Assembly (NCBI GenBank): GCA_038727515.1
Contig: JAVYVS010000002.1
Coordinates: 75,683-139,682 of the forward strand
DNA length: 64,000 nt
Direction of reading: 5' to 3'
From: Candidatus Methanomethylicia archaeon
Lineage (GTDB): Archaea > Thermoproteota > Methanomethylicia > Culexarchaeales > Culexarchaeaceae
Positions 27,472 to 37,473 of the stretch are shown one piece after another. Made by a program: the position numbers and the translations under genes. The notes below the pieces were generated by a model, which was not told where the DNA came from, did no database searches, and saw nothing but the letters and a program-made list of their open reading frames with translations. Position 1 is the stretch's first letter. Each line of letters opens with the position of its first letter.

Positions 27472-29088
27472 TTATTCTAATAGCTTCAATCTTTTCACTA
27501 TGAATTCTTCATTTAAACTTAAAATGAAGGGTGCTAATCTAGGTCCGCTATCCCTCCCCAATATTACCTTATAGAGTATTTGAAATGCTCTTTTAATATC
27601 AATACCCATTCTCCTAGCGTTTTCCACTATTTCTGCTTCAAATTCTTTTGGTGTTGGTTTTCTATTTTCAATCTTTTCTGCTAAGGTTTTTAAGAACTCC
27701 CTTTCACTCATACTTATTGAACTTATTACTTCTACTGGCACTTTATCAACTATCTTTATCTTCATGTTTTCTGGAGCATAATTTTCTATGTAATATTCCG
27801 CTCTATCCATTATCATCTTTATCTTTTCAATTTCCTCTTCACAGGGTTTAGATTTTAGATGTCCAGTTTTCATTAATCTTAATACAACTTCATCCATCCA
27901 TCTCTCCCCCTTTGGAACTATTTGTACTAGTACCATGGCAAATGTATATGGTATTTGTAATGGCATTTCTTTACTTGGATTTTCATTATGTGTTAATTCA
28001 TAACTTCTTTTAATCATCATTTCAATCTTCTTATCCTTTATTGATTCCACACCATAATATATTCTTTCGGCTTTTTCATATTCTTCACATATTTGCGGTA
28101 TTTTCTCCACTGAAAACTCTAGGTGCGTCATTGGTTTTGATATATAATACCAGTATTTTAATGCATATGGATCTGCAACTTTATCCCATTCTGCAAAATC
28201 AAATGATATACCTCCTGAACTTGACATAGCTTCTCCATTTAGGTATACCCATTCATATGGAAATCCTTCTGGAGGTTCTATTCCTAATATCTCCTTTGCA
28301 AGTGCAGTACATGTTTCTCTACTTCCACCTGCAGCCGCATGATCCTTTCCATAGGGTTCAAAGGTTACTTTAAGTACTTTCCATAAAGCTGCCCACTCCA
28401 ATCTCCATTCCAATTTTCCCTCATTCATTTTTACAATACCCTTACTCCCACATTTTGGACATTCATATTCAACTTCTTCTCTATCTAAGTCTACTGAAAT
28501 CGCTTTTGTTGTAGATATGTTTTTACATTTTGGGCATAAGGGTTTAAATGGTATCCAATCTTTACCATATTTTTGCCCTCTATACCTATTTAGTATTTCT
28601 CTAACTTCATCTCTTTTCCTTATATACGTTTTTATTGTTTCAATCATATCCCTTGTTTCATATAATTTTGAGGTTTCAATGAATTCAATATCTCCCAATC
28701 CATATTTTCCATAGGATTTATAGAATGGAGTCATCCAATGTTCAACCCAATTCTTACAACATCCTTCTGGGCATGGTACATCCAGTATTCTAGTACCTTT
28801 CCATATTTCTTCGAATTCCTTTGTTATTAATGGTGGTTTTGCTTTTAATGGATCTTGCGTGTATACTACTAGTAGATGTTTAACATTTTCACCCATTTTC
28901 CTAAGTCTATTGGCTACTGCTGCTTGTAGGAATATTTCTCCACGGGTTTTTCCTATATGTATCCTCCCAGAGGCTGCCATTCCACCATTTATCACATGTT
29001 CTTCAAGTTTTTTGGATGCCAATTTTTCCGCTAATACATCTATCCAATGTTTTACCTCAACTTCATGCATTTCTACACACCATTTCAT
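27472..29088 (-). CDS. lysK: lysyl-tRNA synthetase, class I (archaeal type)
   Basis: GGMAASGRIHIGKTRGE (HIGH-like), KMSSSGG-type motif (AMSSSGGIS), zinc-binding cysteines and a C-terminus like Pyrococcus LysRS1 (RLAPFILSLNEEFIVKRLKL). Confidence 0.9.
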   Translation of the reverse strand: MKWCVEMHEVEVKHWIDVLAEKLASKKLEEHVINGGMAASGRIHIGKTRGEIFLQAAVANRLRKMGENVKHLLVVYTQDPLKAKPPLITKEFEEIWKGTRILDVPCPEGCCKNWVEHWMTPFYKSYGKYGLGDIEFIETSKLYETRDMIETIKTYIRKRDEVREILNRYRGQKYGKDWIPFKPLCPKCKNISTTKAISVDLDREEVEYECPKCGSKGIVKMNEGKLEWRLEWAALWKVLKVTFEPYGKDHAAAGGSRETCTALAKEILGIEPPEGFPYEWVYLNGEAMSSSGGISFDFAEWDKVADPYALKYWYYISKPMTHLEFSVEKIPQICEEYEKAERIYYGVESIKDKKIEMMIKRSYELTHNENPSKEMPLQIPYTFAMVLVQIVPKGERWMDEVVLRLMKTGHLKSKPCEEEIEKIKMIMDRAEYYIENYAPENMKIKIVDKVPVEVISSISMSEREFLKTLAEKIENRKPTPKEFEAEIVENARRMGIDIKRAFQILYKVILGRDSGPRLAPFILSLNEEFIVKRLKLLE

Positions 29089-29160
29089 CCTTTTGCCTTA
29101 TATATTATATATTGGGTTTCTTATATTTTGTATTGTTATTGGTATTGGTGTGTAAAGTTG

Positions 29161-29721
29161 ATGGATAAATTGAGAAAGTGGGTTGAAGGTCTTCTTAATC
29201 CTATAGCTATTTTCCTCCTTAAGATTAGAATTTCTCCAAATATCCTCACAATTATGGGTTTCTTCTTTGCTTTCCTCTCATCCATCTACATATATTTTGG
29301 AAATACATTTTTAGGTGGTATATTAATTTTGGTTTCAGGTTTCTTTGATGTTATGGATGGATTTTTGGCTAGGGTTGGTGGTTTATCTTCAAAATTGGGT
29401 GGATTTCTAGATTCAGTTTTCGATCGTTTTTCTGATGCATTAATCTTTTCTTCAATAATTTATTCTGGTATGTGTGATTTATTGATTGGTTTATATGTTC
29501 TTGTAGGTAGTTTTTTGATTAGTTATATTAGGTGTAAAGGTGAATGTCTTAATGTTTATTTGGCTGGAGTTGGTTTAGCTGAACGTTCTGAGAGGCTTTT
29601 AATTGTTTCCATTGGATTACTATTGAATGAAGTTCAAATATCACTTTATATATTATCTATACTTGTGACTTTTACTATCATTGAGAGGTTTTATAGGGTT
29701 GTTAAATCTATTGGTGATTGA
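29161..29721 (+). CDS. CDP-alcohol phosphatidyltransferase family protein
   Basis: DGxxAR..G...D...D motif (FFDVMDGFLARVGGLSSKLGGFLDSVFDRFSD). The start is set at the ATG at 29161 to avoid overlapping lysK. Confidence 0.7.
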   Translation: MDKLRKWVEGLLNPIAIFLLKIRISPNILTIMGFFFAFLSSIYIYFGNTFLGGILILVSGFFDVMDGFLARVGGLSSKLGGFLDSVFDRFSDALIFSSIIYSGMCDLLIGLYVLVGSFLISYIRCKGECLNVYLAGVGLAERSERLLIVSIGLLLNEVQISLYILSILVTFTIIERFYRVVKSIGD

Positions 29722-30314
29722 TTTTGAGGAGGATTTTCCTAGTTAAATCCTCCACTGCTTTTACAGCTCCAAAATTTAATCTTAGGTGTATTGCTGGATC
29801 TAGTGGTAGACTTGATGTTATTTGTAGATGTATTTTAAATGCATTTTTCATTGATGAATCTAATTTTAGACGTAATGTTGTTTTCTATGGTGTTCTTGAA
29901 GGTCCTCCAGACCCTCCTAAAACTTTGTGTATTGATGGATTTGAAGTTGAACATATGGTTTTGGATGAAGTTTGGATTGCAAATATGATTTTAGATTTGT
30001 TTTCTGGGAAGATTTTTAAAGGATTTAAAATTTCTAAGATGAGTTTTAGAAGTGTTGTTGAATTTCTTAGAAATTCTGGTGTTAATATTGTTTATATGCA
30101 TGAAGATGGTATTCCCATTGAAAATTATAGTTTTAAATCTGATTTTGATTATTGTTTTATTATTGGTGATCAAATAGGTTTAGATCATCATTCTGAGAAA
30201 TTTTTAGATTCCATTGGTGTTATTAGGATTAGTCTTGGAAAAATTCCCTATTTATCAAGTCAATGTATATGGTTGATAAATGCTTTTCTTGATGGATTAA
30301 ATTTAAATGATTAA
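29718..30314 (+). CDS. trmY: tRNA (pseudouridine54-N1)-methyltransferase TrmY (SPOUT, DUF358)
   Basis: About 198 aa with AGSSGRLDVICRCILNAFF... and ...NVVFYGVLEGPP matching the COG1901/TrmY family. Confidence 0.7.
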   Translation: MILRRIFLVKSSTAFTAPKFNLRCIAGSSGRLDVICRCILNAFFIDESNFRRNVVFYGVLEGPPDPPKTLCIDGFEVEHMVLDEVWIANMILDLFSGKIFKGFKISKMSFRSVVEFLRNSGVNIVYMHEDGIPIENYSFKSDFDYCFIIGDQIGLDHHSEKFLDSIGVIRISLGKIPYLSSQCIWLINAFLDGLNLND

Positions 30315-30604
30315 GTTTTTCCTTTAGCTTTTGTAAGTTTTCTTTCTTCTTCTGCTCTTACCTTTACTAAACCTCTATATACTGCACATGATATGCAATA
30401 TGTCTTTGTAACTGGGTATTTTGCTATTATCGTACCCTTTTTCTCTAATTCTTTAGCTAATTGTGGATCTACTGGTGAAACATATGTGGTTATTCTTTTT
30501 GCTTTACTTCTCGGTACCCATGCTCCACAGGAATCGCATTGAACTCTTGATTCTTTACCCTTTTGCCCTTTACCTCTCCCCCTAGACTTCCTCTTCTTAG
30601 GCAA
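30311..30604 (-). CDS. rps26e: 30S ribosomal protein eS26
   Basis: Basic N-terminus MPKKRKSRGRGKG, the four-Cys zinc site (CDSCGAWVP ... CISCAVYRG) and a length of about 97 aa. Confidence 0.85.
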   Translation of the reverse strand: MPKKRKSRGRGKGQKGKESRVQCDSCGAWVPRSKAKRITTYVSPVDPQLAKELEKKGTIIAKYPVTKTYCISCAVYRGLVKVRAEEERKLTKAKGKT

Positions 30605-30746
30605 ATTTCACACCGTCCCTTTCCGTCCATACATATGGTTTTACATCTTAATATGTTTTTGCTAATTTATTAATTAATAATTTCTTGTATTTTGAATAAA
30701 CCTTAAAACTTATAAATTATTACAATTATATGCGTTTATTGAGTGT

Positions 30747-31088
30747 GTGGTGGCTCTTTTGTGGTCTGAACTATTATATTCTCCAGTAATAGTTTTCATA
30801 TTGATACTGATTTTAATGTATATTTCCTTTATATATTTGAAGAGGATTGGTATTAAGCCTAGGGGTAGTGAATTAAGTTTAGAACCTTATGCATGTGGTG
30901 AAGGTACTGATAGATTCCCCCCTGAAAAAGTTCAACTTAATGTTCAGTTATATAGATATGCTCTGTATTTTACAATATTTGATGTTGCAGCTTTCATTTT
31001 GCTATTATCTTTCAATGCAAATATTGTTTATGTTTTAGTTTATGTAGGGATCATATTATCTGCAATATTTTTCCTCCCTAAGAGGTGA
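30747..31088 (+). CDS. NuoA-like membrane subunit of complex-I-like hydrogenase
   Basis: 113 aa, 3 TM helices, conserved LEPYACGE motif. First gene of the nuo-ordered cluster. Confidence 0.7.
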   Translation: MVALLWSELLYSPVIVFILILILMYISFIYLKRIGIKPRGSELSLEPYACGEGTDRFPPEKVQLNVQLYRYALYFTIFDVAAFILLLSFNANIVYVLVYVGIILSAIFFLPKR

Positions 31089-31092
31089 TTTT

Positions 31093-31518
31093 ATGGTTTC
31101 AATTGTAACTTGGTCTAGGGTTAGGAGTCCATGGATATTGTATATGTGTACTGGTGCATGTAATGCATGTGATATTGAAGTTTTAGCTGCTTTAGCTCCT
31201 AAGTATGATGTTGAACGTTTTGGAATTCTACTTAAGGGTAGTCCTAGACATGCTGATGTTCTAGTGGTTACTGGTGCAGTTACTAGGCAAGTTGCCCCTA
31301 GACTTAAAAGGATATATGAGCAAATGCCTGATCCAAAATTTGTTATTGCTGCTGGTACATGTGCAACTTCAGGTGGAGTTTATTGGGGTTGTTATAATGT
31401 TCTTGGTGGTGTTGATAAGGTTATTCCTGTGAGTATGTATATTCCAGGTTGTCCCGTCAGACCTGAAGCTGTTATTGATGGTGTTGCAAAACTCATATCT
31501 AAACTTTTATCTGGTTAA
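31093..31518 (+). CDS. group-4 [NiFe]-hydrogenase small subunit / NuoB homolog
   Basis: Proximal 4Fe-4S ligands CNACDIE (hydrogenase type, unlike the NuoB tandem CC), GTCATSGG and PGCPVRP. Confidence 0.8.
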   Translation: MVSIVTWSRVRSPWILYMCTGACNACDIEVLAALAPKYDVERFGILLKGSPRHADVLVVTGAVTRQVAPRLKRIYEQMPDPKFVIAAGTCATSGGVYWGCYNVLGGVDKVIPVSMYIPGCPVRPEAVIDGVAKLISKLLSG

Positions 31519-31533
31519 TGGAGGTTAAGTATC

Positions 31534-31995
31534 ATGTCGAGTTTTGATGTAAATTTTATTCTTAAAGATATTTCAAATGCATTTCCAAATAGGATTTTAG
31601 ATTATAGATTTGATGGTCCTAGGAGTGTATTTATGAGTGTTGATCCAAGTGCTTTACATGATGTTATTAAGTATTTAAAGGATAAATATGATTTAAGGCA
31701 TATTGTAACTATAACTGGGACTGATCTTGGTGATTCCATTGAATTAATCTATCATCTATCTCCTTTAAATCGTAGAATTCTTGTTAATATTAAAGTTAAG
31801 ATTCCTAGGGATAATCCACATTTCCCATCTATCGTTTCAATACTTCCTGGAGCCATTTTATATGAGAGAGAGGTTCATGATCTTTTGGGGGTTGTTTTTG
31901 ATGGCCATCCATCTCTTGAAAGACTTATCCTACCTGATGATTGGCCTGATGGTGTTTATCCCCTTAGGAAAGATTGGAAGGTGGAGGTGAAGTAG
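31534..31995 (+). CDS. NuoC-like (30 kDa) subunit
   Basis: 153 aa. Its position and size fit the NuoC/HycE N-terminal-domain family. Confidence 0.65.
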   Translation: MSSFDVNFILKDISNAFPNRILDYRFDGPRSVFMSVDPSALHDVIKYLKDKYDLRHIVTITGTDLGDSIELIYHLSPLNRRILVNIKVKIPRDNPHFPSIVSILPGAILYEREVHDLLGVVFDGHPSLERLILPDDWPDGVYPLRKDWKVEVK

Positions 31996-31996
31996 T

Positions 31997-33172
31997 TTGA
32001 GTTATTATACTATTCCAATAGGACCTCAGCATCCAGCTATTAAAGAAGCTTTTCAATTCAACTTTGTTTTAGATGGTGAAGTTATTGTTGATGTTAAACC
32101 TAGATTTGGATTTGTTCATAGAGGTATTGAGAAGGCTATGGAGCTTAGAACTTGGGTTCAAGGTATATTCTTGGCTGAACGTATATGTGGTATATGTAAT
32201 GTTCCACATACAACATGCTATTGTCTTGCTGTGGAAAAGGTTTATGGTATAGATGTTCCTGAACGTGCTAAGTATCTTAGGATCATAATTAATGAGTTAA
32301 ATAGGATTCATAGCCATCTATTGTGGATTGGGGTTTTAGGTATGGAGTTAGGTTTCCATACTGTGTTTATGTATGTTTGGAGGGATAGGGAGAGAGTTAT
32401 GGATCTCGTTGAAATGATTAGTGGTAATAGAGTTACTCCATCTATGAATTGTATTGGTGGAGTTGTTTATGATATTACCCCTGAAATGGAGCCAATTATT
32501 AAGAGGAATCTAGATTATCTTGAGGAGAGAACTAAGTATTATAAGAAGGTGCTCATGGAAGATCCTAGTTTAAAGGCTAGAACTGAAGGTGTAGGTGTTT
32601 TAAGTAAGGATAAAGCTTTAGATCTATGTGCAGTAGGTCCTACTGCTAGAGCTTCTGATGTTAAGAGTGATGTTAGATTTGATGATCCATATACATTGTA
32701 TGATGAAATAGATTTCAATATGGTGACTTATTCAACATGTGATGTTTGGGGTAGAGCTATGGTTAGGGTTGATGAAACTATTGAATCTATAAAAGCTATT
32801 AGGCATGCACTTGAGAAGATGCGTCCAGGGCCAATAAATGTTAAGGTTAAACGTATTCCACCTATTGGTGAAGCTACTGCTAGAGTTGAAGCTCCTAGAG
32901 GTGAACTTCTACACTATGTTAAATCTGATGGCAAAGAGGTTCCATATAGAGCTAAAATGAGGACTCCAACATTAGCCAATATACCAGCATTATGTGAAAT
33001 GTTAAAGGGGCATTATATTGCTGATATACCTGCTATTGTTGCTAGTATTGATCCATGTTATTGTTGTACTGAGAGGTTAATGTTCACAGATATTGGGAAT
33101 GGTAAAAGTTGGATCTGGAGTTATGATGAACTTAGAAGGTATAGTCTTAAATATTATGGTTTGGGGGTGTAA
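31997..33172 (+). CDS. [NiFe]-hydrogenase large subunit (NuoD/HycE/EchE homolog) with intact Ni-Fe ligands
   Basis: N-terminal L1 motif ERICGICNVPH and C-terminal L2 motif IDPCYCCTER are both present. A 30-aa extension follows the conserved Arg, as in HycE. The body aligns to HycE (GFVHRGIEK, VPERA, RIHSHLLW, APRGEL). Confidence 0.85.
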   Translation: MSYYTIPIGPQHPAIKEAFQFNFVLDGEVIVDVKPRFGFVHRGIEKAMELRTWVQGIFLAERICGICNVPHTTCYCLAVEKVYGIDVPERAKYLRIIINELNRIHSHLLWIGVLGMELGFHTVFMYVWRDRERVMDLVEMISGNRVTPSMNCIGGVVYDITPEMEPIIKRNLDYLEERTKYYKKVLMEDPSLKARTEGVGVLSKDKALDLCAVGPTARASDVKSDVRFDDPYTLYDEIDFNMVTYSTCDVWGRAMVRVDETIESIKAIRHALEKMRPGPINVKVKRIPPIGEATARVEAPRGELLHYVKSDGKEVPYRAKMRTPTLANIPALCEMLKGHYIADIPAIVASIDPCYCCTERLMFTDIGNGKSWIWSYDELRRYSLKYYGLGV

Positions 33173-34134
33173 TGATGGATCCATTAATATTTATTCTTAG
33201 AATCTTAATATTTCCTGGTATACTCTTCCTACTATTTCTAGCATTTATATTTGAGTGGGTTGATAGAAAGGCTTATGCTAGATTTCAAAATAGGATTGGC
33301 CCCCTATATGCTGGCCCTAGTGGAATCCTTCAACCATTAGCTGATTTCATTAAGCTTATGGCTAAAGAGGATATAACCCCAAAATATGTTGATTCCATCT
33401 TCTTCAATAACATTCCAATACTTGCAGTTGTTATACCATTATTTGCATCTCTATATATACCATTAGATGGTTCTCCAATTTTAATTCCCTTTGAAGGTGA
33501 TATCGTCCTACTACTAACTTTAATGACTATTTACACTATTTTTGTATTCATTGCTGGTTGGGCATCAACCAATAGGTTTAGTATTGTTGGTGCCACTAGA
33601 GCTATTCTACAATTTTTAGCTTATGAAATTCCAATGTTTATTTCAGCAGCTTCCGTTGTTATGTATGTTGGATCTACTTCTGTAACAATTATATCTCAAA
33701 ATCAATTGATACCTTTAGCTTTACTTCAACCAATAGGATTCATAGTCTTTATTACAGCTCTTCAAGCAGAACTTGAACGTATACCCTTCGATATCCCTGA
33801 AGCTGAAAGTGAAATTGTTGCTGGATGGCTTACTGAGTATTGTGGTCCAAAACTTGCTTTCCTAAGACTTGCTGAAGATTTAAAGCTAGTCTTTGGATCT
33901 GCTTTAGCTACCGCATTATTTCTAGGTGGTGGAAGCGGCCCTATACTTCCACCTATCGTCTGGTTTATTTTAAAGATGCTCTTCATAGTATTACTAAGCT
34001 CTTATATTAGATCTTTATTTGCTAGGTTGAGGATTGATCAAATGGTTTCAGGTTGTTGGAGGATTTTAATTCCATTATCAATTCTACAATTTGTTTTAAG
34101 TAGGTTTTTGGGGGTTGGTTTTAGATGGCTATGA
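33172..34134 (+). CDS. NuoH-like membrane subunit
   Basis: 320 aa, 8 TM helices, quinone-site-region motifs (RFQNRIGP, EAESEIVAG..EY). Confidence 0.8.
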   Translation: MMDPLIFILRILIFPGILFLLFLAFIFEWVDRKAYARFQNRIGPLYAGPSGILQPLADFIKLMAKEDITPKYVDSIFFNNIPILAVVIPLFASLYIPLDGSPILIPFEGDIVLLLTLMTIYTIFVFIAGWASTNRFSIVGATRAILQFLAYEIPMFISAASVVMYVGSTSVTIISQNQLIPLALLQPIGFIVFITALQAELERIPFDIPEAESEIVAGWLTEYCGPKLAFLRLAEDLKLVFGSALATALFLGGGSGPILPPIVWFILKMLFIVLLSSYIRSLFARLRIDQMVSGCWRILIPLSILQFVLSRFLGVGFRWL

Positions 34135-34481
34135 TACGTGAAGTATTTAAACACCTATTTAAACGACCAGTTACAGTTAAATATCCATTTGAGAGAACTC
34201 CTACTGCTGAGAGGTATAGGGGGAAGCATATATTCTATATTGATAGATGTGTTGGTTGTGGATTATGCGCCCGTGAATGTCCAGCTATGGCTATTGAACT
34301 AATTTCCTCAGATAAGACCATTAATGGTAGAAGACCAATATTCTATTTGGATAGATGTATATTTTGTATGCAGTGTGAAAGGATATGTCCCAGGGCAGCT
34401 ATACATTTAACACAATTCTATGAATTGGCTTCCCATGATCGTAAGTTGCTTGTACATAGTGAAGAAAAGGTTAGTTCTTGA
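34125..34481 (+). CDS. NuoI-like 2x[4Fe-4S] ferredoxin subunit
   Basis: CVGCGLCARECP and CIFCMQCERICP. Confidence 0.8.
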   Translation: MAMIREVFKHLFKRPVTVKYPFERTPTAERYRGKHIFYIDRCVGCGLCARECPAMAIELISSDKTINGRRPIFYLDRCIFCMQCERICPRAAIHLTQFYELASHDRKLLVHSEEKVSS

Positions 34482-34576
34482 AAATCAACGTTTTTTATCT
34501 TCCAATTATTTGTGTTTTAATAATTTGAGGCAATAAATTTAAGCTTCTAAGAATAGATGATAGTTAGCTGAGTAAA

Positions 34577-35839
34577 ATGAAGGTTTATGCAGATTTACAT
34601 TTACATTCAAAGTATAGTGGTGGTTCTAGTGTTCAAATGAATATTCCAACATTGGTTTCATATGCTTTAATTAAAGGTTTAAATCTTCTTGGTACTGGTG
34701 ATTGTCTACATCCAAGTTGGCTTAGAGAATTGAAAAACGATCTTGTACATGCTGGTGGAGGATTCTATCATTATAGGCTTAATTCCAACGTTTTCTTTAT
34801 TGTTAATTGTGAAGTTGGTACGGTTTTCGAATTTGGAGGTAAATCTAGAAGGGTTCATCATGTTATTTTAATGCCTAGTTTAGAGGTTGCTGAACAACTT
34901 TCCGATGTTTTATCACGTTATGGTGATGTAATTTCCAATGGGCGTCCAATATTTAATATGCATCCATCAGAACTTGTCGATATAGTTTTTAGTATTGAAT
35001 CCTCTTGTTTCATATTTCCAGCTCATATATGGACTCCTTGGTGGAGTATGTTTGGATCTTTTAGTGGTGTTGATAATGTTAAGGATTGTTATGGTGATAG
35101 AATTGATAAGATTTATGCTATTGAAACTGGTTTGAGTAGTGATCCAGAGATGAATTGGCGTGTAAGTCAATTGGATAGATTTTCAATTCTTAGCTTCTCA
35201 GATTCTCATTCACCATATCCATTTAGACTTGGTAGAGAAGCTTGTTTATTCGATCTTAATGATATGAATTATAGAGAACTTATAGAAGCTATTAAATTTA
35301 GGGAGAAGGGTAAGTTCTTAATGACTATAGAAGTTGATCCAGCTTATGGTAAATATCATTGGTCTGGTCATAGGAATTGTAATGTTGGGCCTATCCCTCC
35401 TGAAGAAGCTAGAAAAATGAATTATAAATGCCCAGTTTGTGGGAAAAAACTTACTAAGGGTGTTGATGATAGAGTTGAAGAACTTGCTGATAGAAGTAGA
35501 GGATTTAGACCTAAAAGTTATATACCCTTCATAAAGGTTTTACCATTACAAACTATAATAGCTTTCAGTATGGGTGTTAGTGAAGATGATTTTTCTAAAT
35601 TTAATAGTGGTAGAATTTGGGATATATATTCCAATCTAGTTTCTAAATTTGGTTCTGAATTTAATGTTTTATTGAATGCTCCAATAAATGAGATTGCAAA
35701 AATATCTTCTCAAACAATTGCATCTTACATTAAATGTATGAGGGAAGGTAAATATTCAATTACACCTGGTTTTGATGGTGTTTATGGCAAGATAAGTACA
35801 TTTGGTTTGAAAATGGATTTAAGAAACTTTATAACCTAA
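34577..35839 (+). CDS. endoQ: endonuclease Q (EndoQ), deaminated-base DNA repair nuclease
   Basis: PHP-like metal site DLHLHSKYSGG, a central region like Pyrococcus EndoQ (GTGDCLHPSWL, RRVHHVI, PAHIWTPW, LSSDPEMNW, FSDSHSPYPFRLGRE) and a Zn finger YKCPVCGKKLTKGVDDRVEELAD. Confidence 0.85.
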   Translation: MKVYADLHLHSKYSGGSSVQMNIPTLVSYALIKGLNLLGTGDCLHPSWLRELKNDLVHAGGGFYHYRLNSNVFFIVNCEVGTVFEFGGKSRRVHHVILMPSLEVAEQLSDVLSRYGDVISNGRPIFNMHPSELVDIVFSIESSCFIFPAHIWTPWWSMFGSFSGVDNVKDCYGDRIDKIYAIETGLSSDPEMNWRVSQLDRFSILSFSDSHSPYPFRLGREACLFDLNDMNYRELIEAIKFREKGKFLMTIEVDPAYGKYHWSGHRNCNVGPIPPEEARKMNYKCPVCGKKLTKGVDDRVEELADRSRGFRPKSYIPFIKVLPLQTIIAFSMGVSEDDFSKFNSGRIWDIYSNLVSKFGSEFNVLLNAPINEIAKISSQTIASYIKCMREGKYSITPGFDGVYGKISTFGLKMDLRNFIT

Positions 35840-35840
35840 A

Positions 35841-36515
35841 TCAACCTTTACCCTTCTCTATCAACAATTCCTTCCATCTACCTTTAATTATCATTATTAT
35901 AAGCCCCCTCGGGCCTTCTCTATCAAGTATATCTGCAACCTTTATCCAATCTATTTTCAATATGCTTAATGTTGTTATTGTTAGTATTATCAATGAAATC
36001 AATATTCCATATATATTTTCTTCACCGAAAACTATGTTTAAGTATTCCGTAAAGTATTTTCCAGTTAATGCTACTACTGTACTTAATATGATCTTTCCTA
36101 GCGTTGTAGCTATGAAGAATTTTATGAAGCTATATTTTATGAGTCCTAGTGGTATTATCACTACATCATCTGGTGATGGCGTTACTGTTACGAAGAATAC
36201 TGCTATCGCTCCATACTTACCCAATAATTCTTTAAATTTCTCTATTTGCTTTCTCTTTTCTTCACTTGTAATTAATTTACTTCCTTCAAATCCCAACATA
36301 TATACTACGCTTTTTCCAATTGCTCCACCAAAGCCACTCACAATTCCAAGTATTATTGGGTCTACTTGTAGGTATCCTGCCATATAATATATTGCCAATA
36401 AGTAGGGTATTGGTAGAAATGGTATAAAATTTCCAAGTATAGATACAATTAAAGCTCCAATATATCCATAGTTTAAGGCTATCTTCATCATTAAGTCAGA
36501 GATCCATTCAAACAA
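35841..36515 (-). CDS. DedA/SNARE-associated (VTT-domain) membrane protein
   Basis: 224 aa, with re-entrant-loop motifs (...GNFIPFLPIPY... and ...G.S..FF..) typical of the DedA family. Confidence 0.65.
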   Translation of the reverse strand: MFEWISDLMMKIALNYGYIGALIVSILGNFIPFLPIPYLLAIYYMAGYLQVDPIILGIVSGFGGAIGKSVVYMLGFEGSKLITSEEKRKQIEKFKELLGKYGAIAVFFVTVTPSPDDVVIIPLGLIKYSFIKFFIATTLGKIILSTVVALTGKYFTEYLNIVFGEENIYGILISLIILTITTLSILKIDWIKVADILDREGPRGLIIMIIKGRWKELLIEKGKG

Positions 36516-36618
36516 TCCTCTTCACTTACCTTTTATTTCTACATGTTAATAATGTTTGTTTTTTGGAAAGCTTTAAAACTTATTAATTATAAATTGCATA
36601 ATAGTTTGTTGTTGTGAG

Positions 36619-36876
36619 GTGAAGTTGTTGAGCTTTAATTTTGTTAGTTTGATTTTAGGTGTTTCCATAGTGGCTTTAGCAGTTTTAAGTTTGGAATTTA
36701 AGAAGATTATGCATTCAATCATAACTTTATGTGGTTTTAGTATTGTTTTGGCTATTGCATTCTTCTATTTATCTGCACCATTGGTTGGAGTATTTCAATT
36801 GGCTGTTTTAGCTGGTGCAGTTACAGTATTGTTTCTAGTTGCTTTAATGTTGACTGGTAAAGTGGAGGTGGATTAA
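36619..36876 (+). CDS. NuoJ-like subunit, N-terminal part (split J1)
   Basis: 85 aa, 3 TM helices, ...AVLAGAVTVLFLVALML resembles the NuoJ TM3 region. It is followed 1 nt later by a second small TM ORF. Confidence 0.55.
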   Translation: MKLLSFNFVSLILGVSIVALAVLSLEFKKIMHSIITLCGFSIVLAIAFFYLSAPLVGVFQLAVLAGAVTVLFLVALMLTGKVEVD

Positions 36877-36877
36877 C

Positions 36878-37156
36878 TTGAAGTTTAGTGAATTGATTGG
36901 AACTATGTTGGGTTTAGCTTTAGCCTTTATACTCACGCAACTCTTAGTTTATGGTGTTTCTAATGTTGGTTTATTTGCTTATGATAATGCTCCATTAACT
37001 ATTCTAAAGCCTGATTACTCCTTCCATAATCTGGGTGTTTATATAAGTGAACTTTTATGGGTTGATTGCAGTTTTGATGTAATAGCTCAAGCCATACTCA
37101 TATTTGCTTCAGCCATAGGTGTTATTGCACTTTTACGTGAGGAGGTGAAGCATTAA
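36878..37156 (+). CDS. NuoJ-like subunit, C-terminal part (split J2)
   Basis: 92 aa membrane protein between J1 and NuoK, as in Fpo/Nuo operons that have a split J. Confidence 0.45.
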   Translation: MKFSELIGTMLGLALAFILTQLLVYGVSNVGLFAYDNAPLTILKPDYSFHNLGVYISELLWVDCSFDVIAQAILIFASAIGVIALLREEVKH

Positions 37157-37473
37157 TGTCCACTGAACCATACACATTCATAGCTGTTTCAGGAGTTTTA
37201 TTTTGTATTGGCATGTACGGCCTTATGACTAAACGTAATATGATTAAAATGGTTATTTCACTTGAGATAATGTTTAGTTCAGCTATATTGAATTTAGTGA
37301 ATTTTTCATATTTTAGAATTTTTGGATTTATAGACCCAATGGCTCACGTTGTAGCTATAATTGCTATTTCTGTTGAAGCCTGTTTAATAGGTGTTGCTTT
37401 AGCATTTGTTATAAATGCTTATAAACATTATAAGACATTGGACATTAGAGAGTTGAGGAGGTTGAGGTGGTAG
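37156..37473 (+). CDS. NuoK-like subunit
   Basis: 105 aa, 3 TM helices, conserved membrane Glu in SLEIMF. Confidence 0.75.
   Translation: MSTEPYTFIAVSGVLFCIGMYGLMTKRNMIKMVISLEIMFSSAILNLVNFSYFRIFGFIDPMAHVVAIIAISVEACLIGVALAFVINAYKHYKTLDIRELRRLRW

Noticed and set aside
31997-33172. Annotating the 391-aa protein as respiratory NuoD of an NADH:quinone oxidoreductase
   Set aside because: It retains both CxxC Ni-Fe ligand pairs and a HycE-like C-terminal extension, the NuoB homolog has the hydrogenase-type CNxCDIE box, and no NuoE/F/G genes are present. A group-4 [NiFe] hydrogenase fits better.
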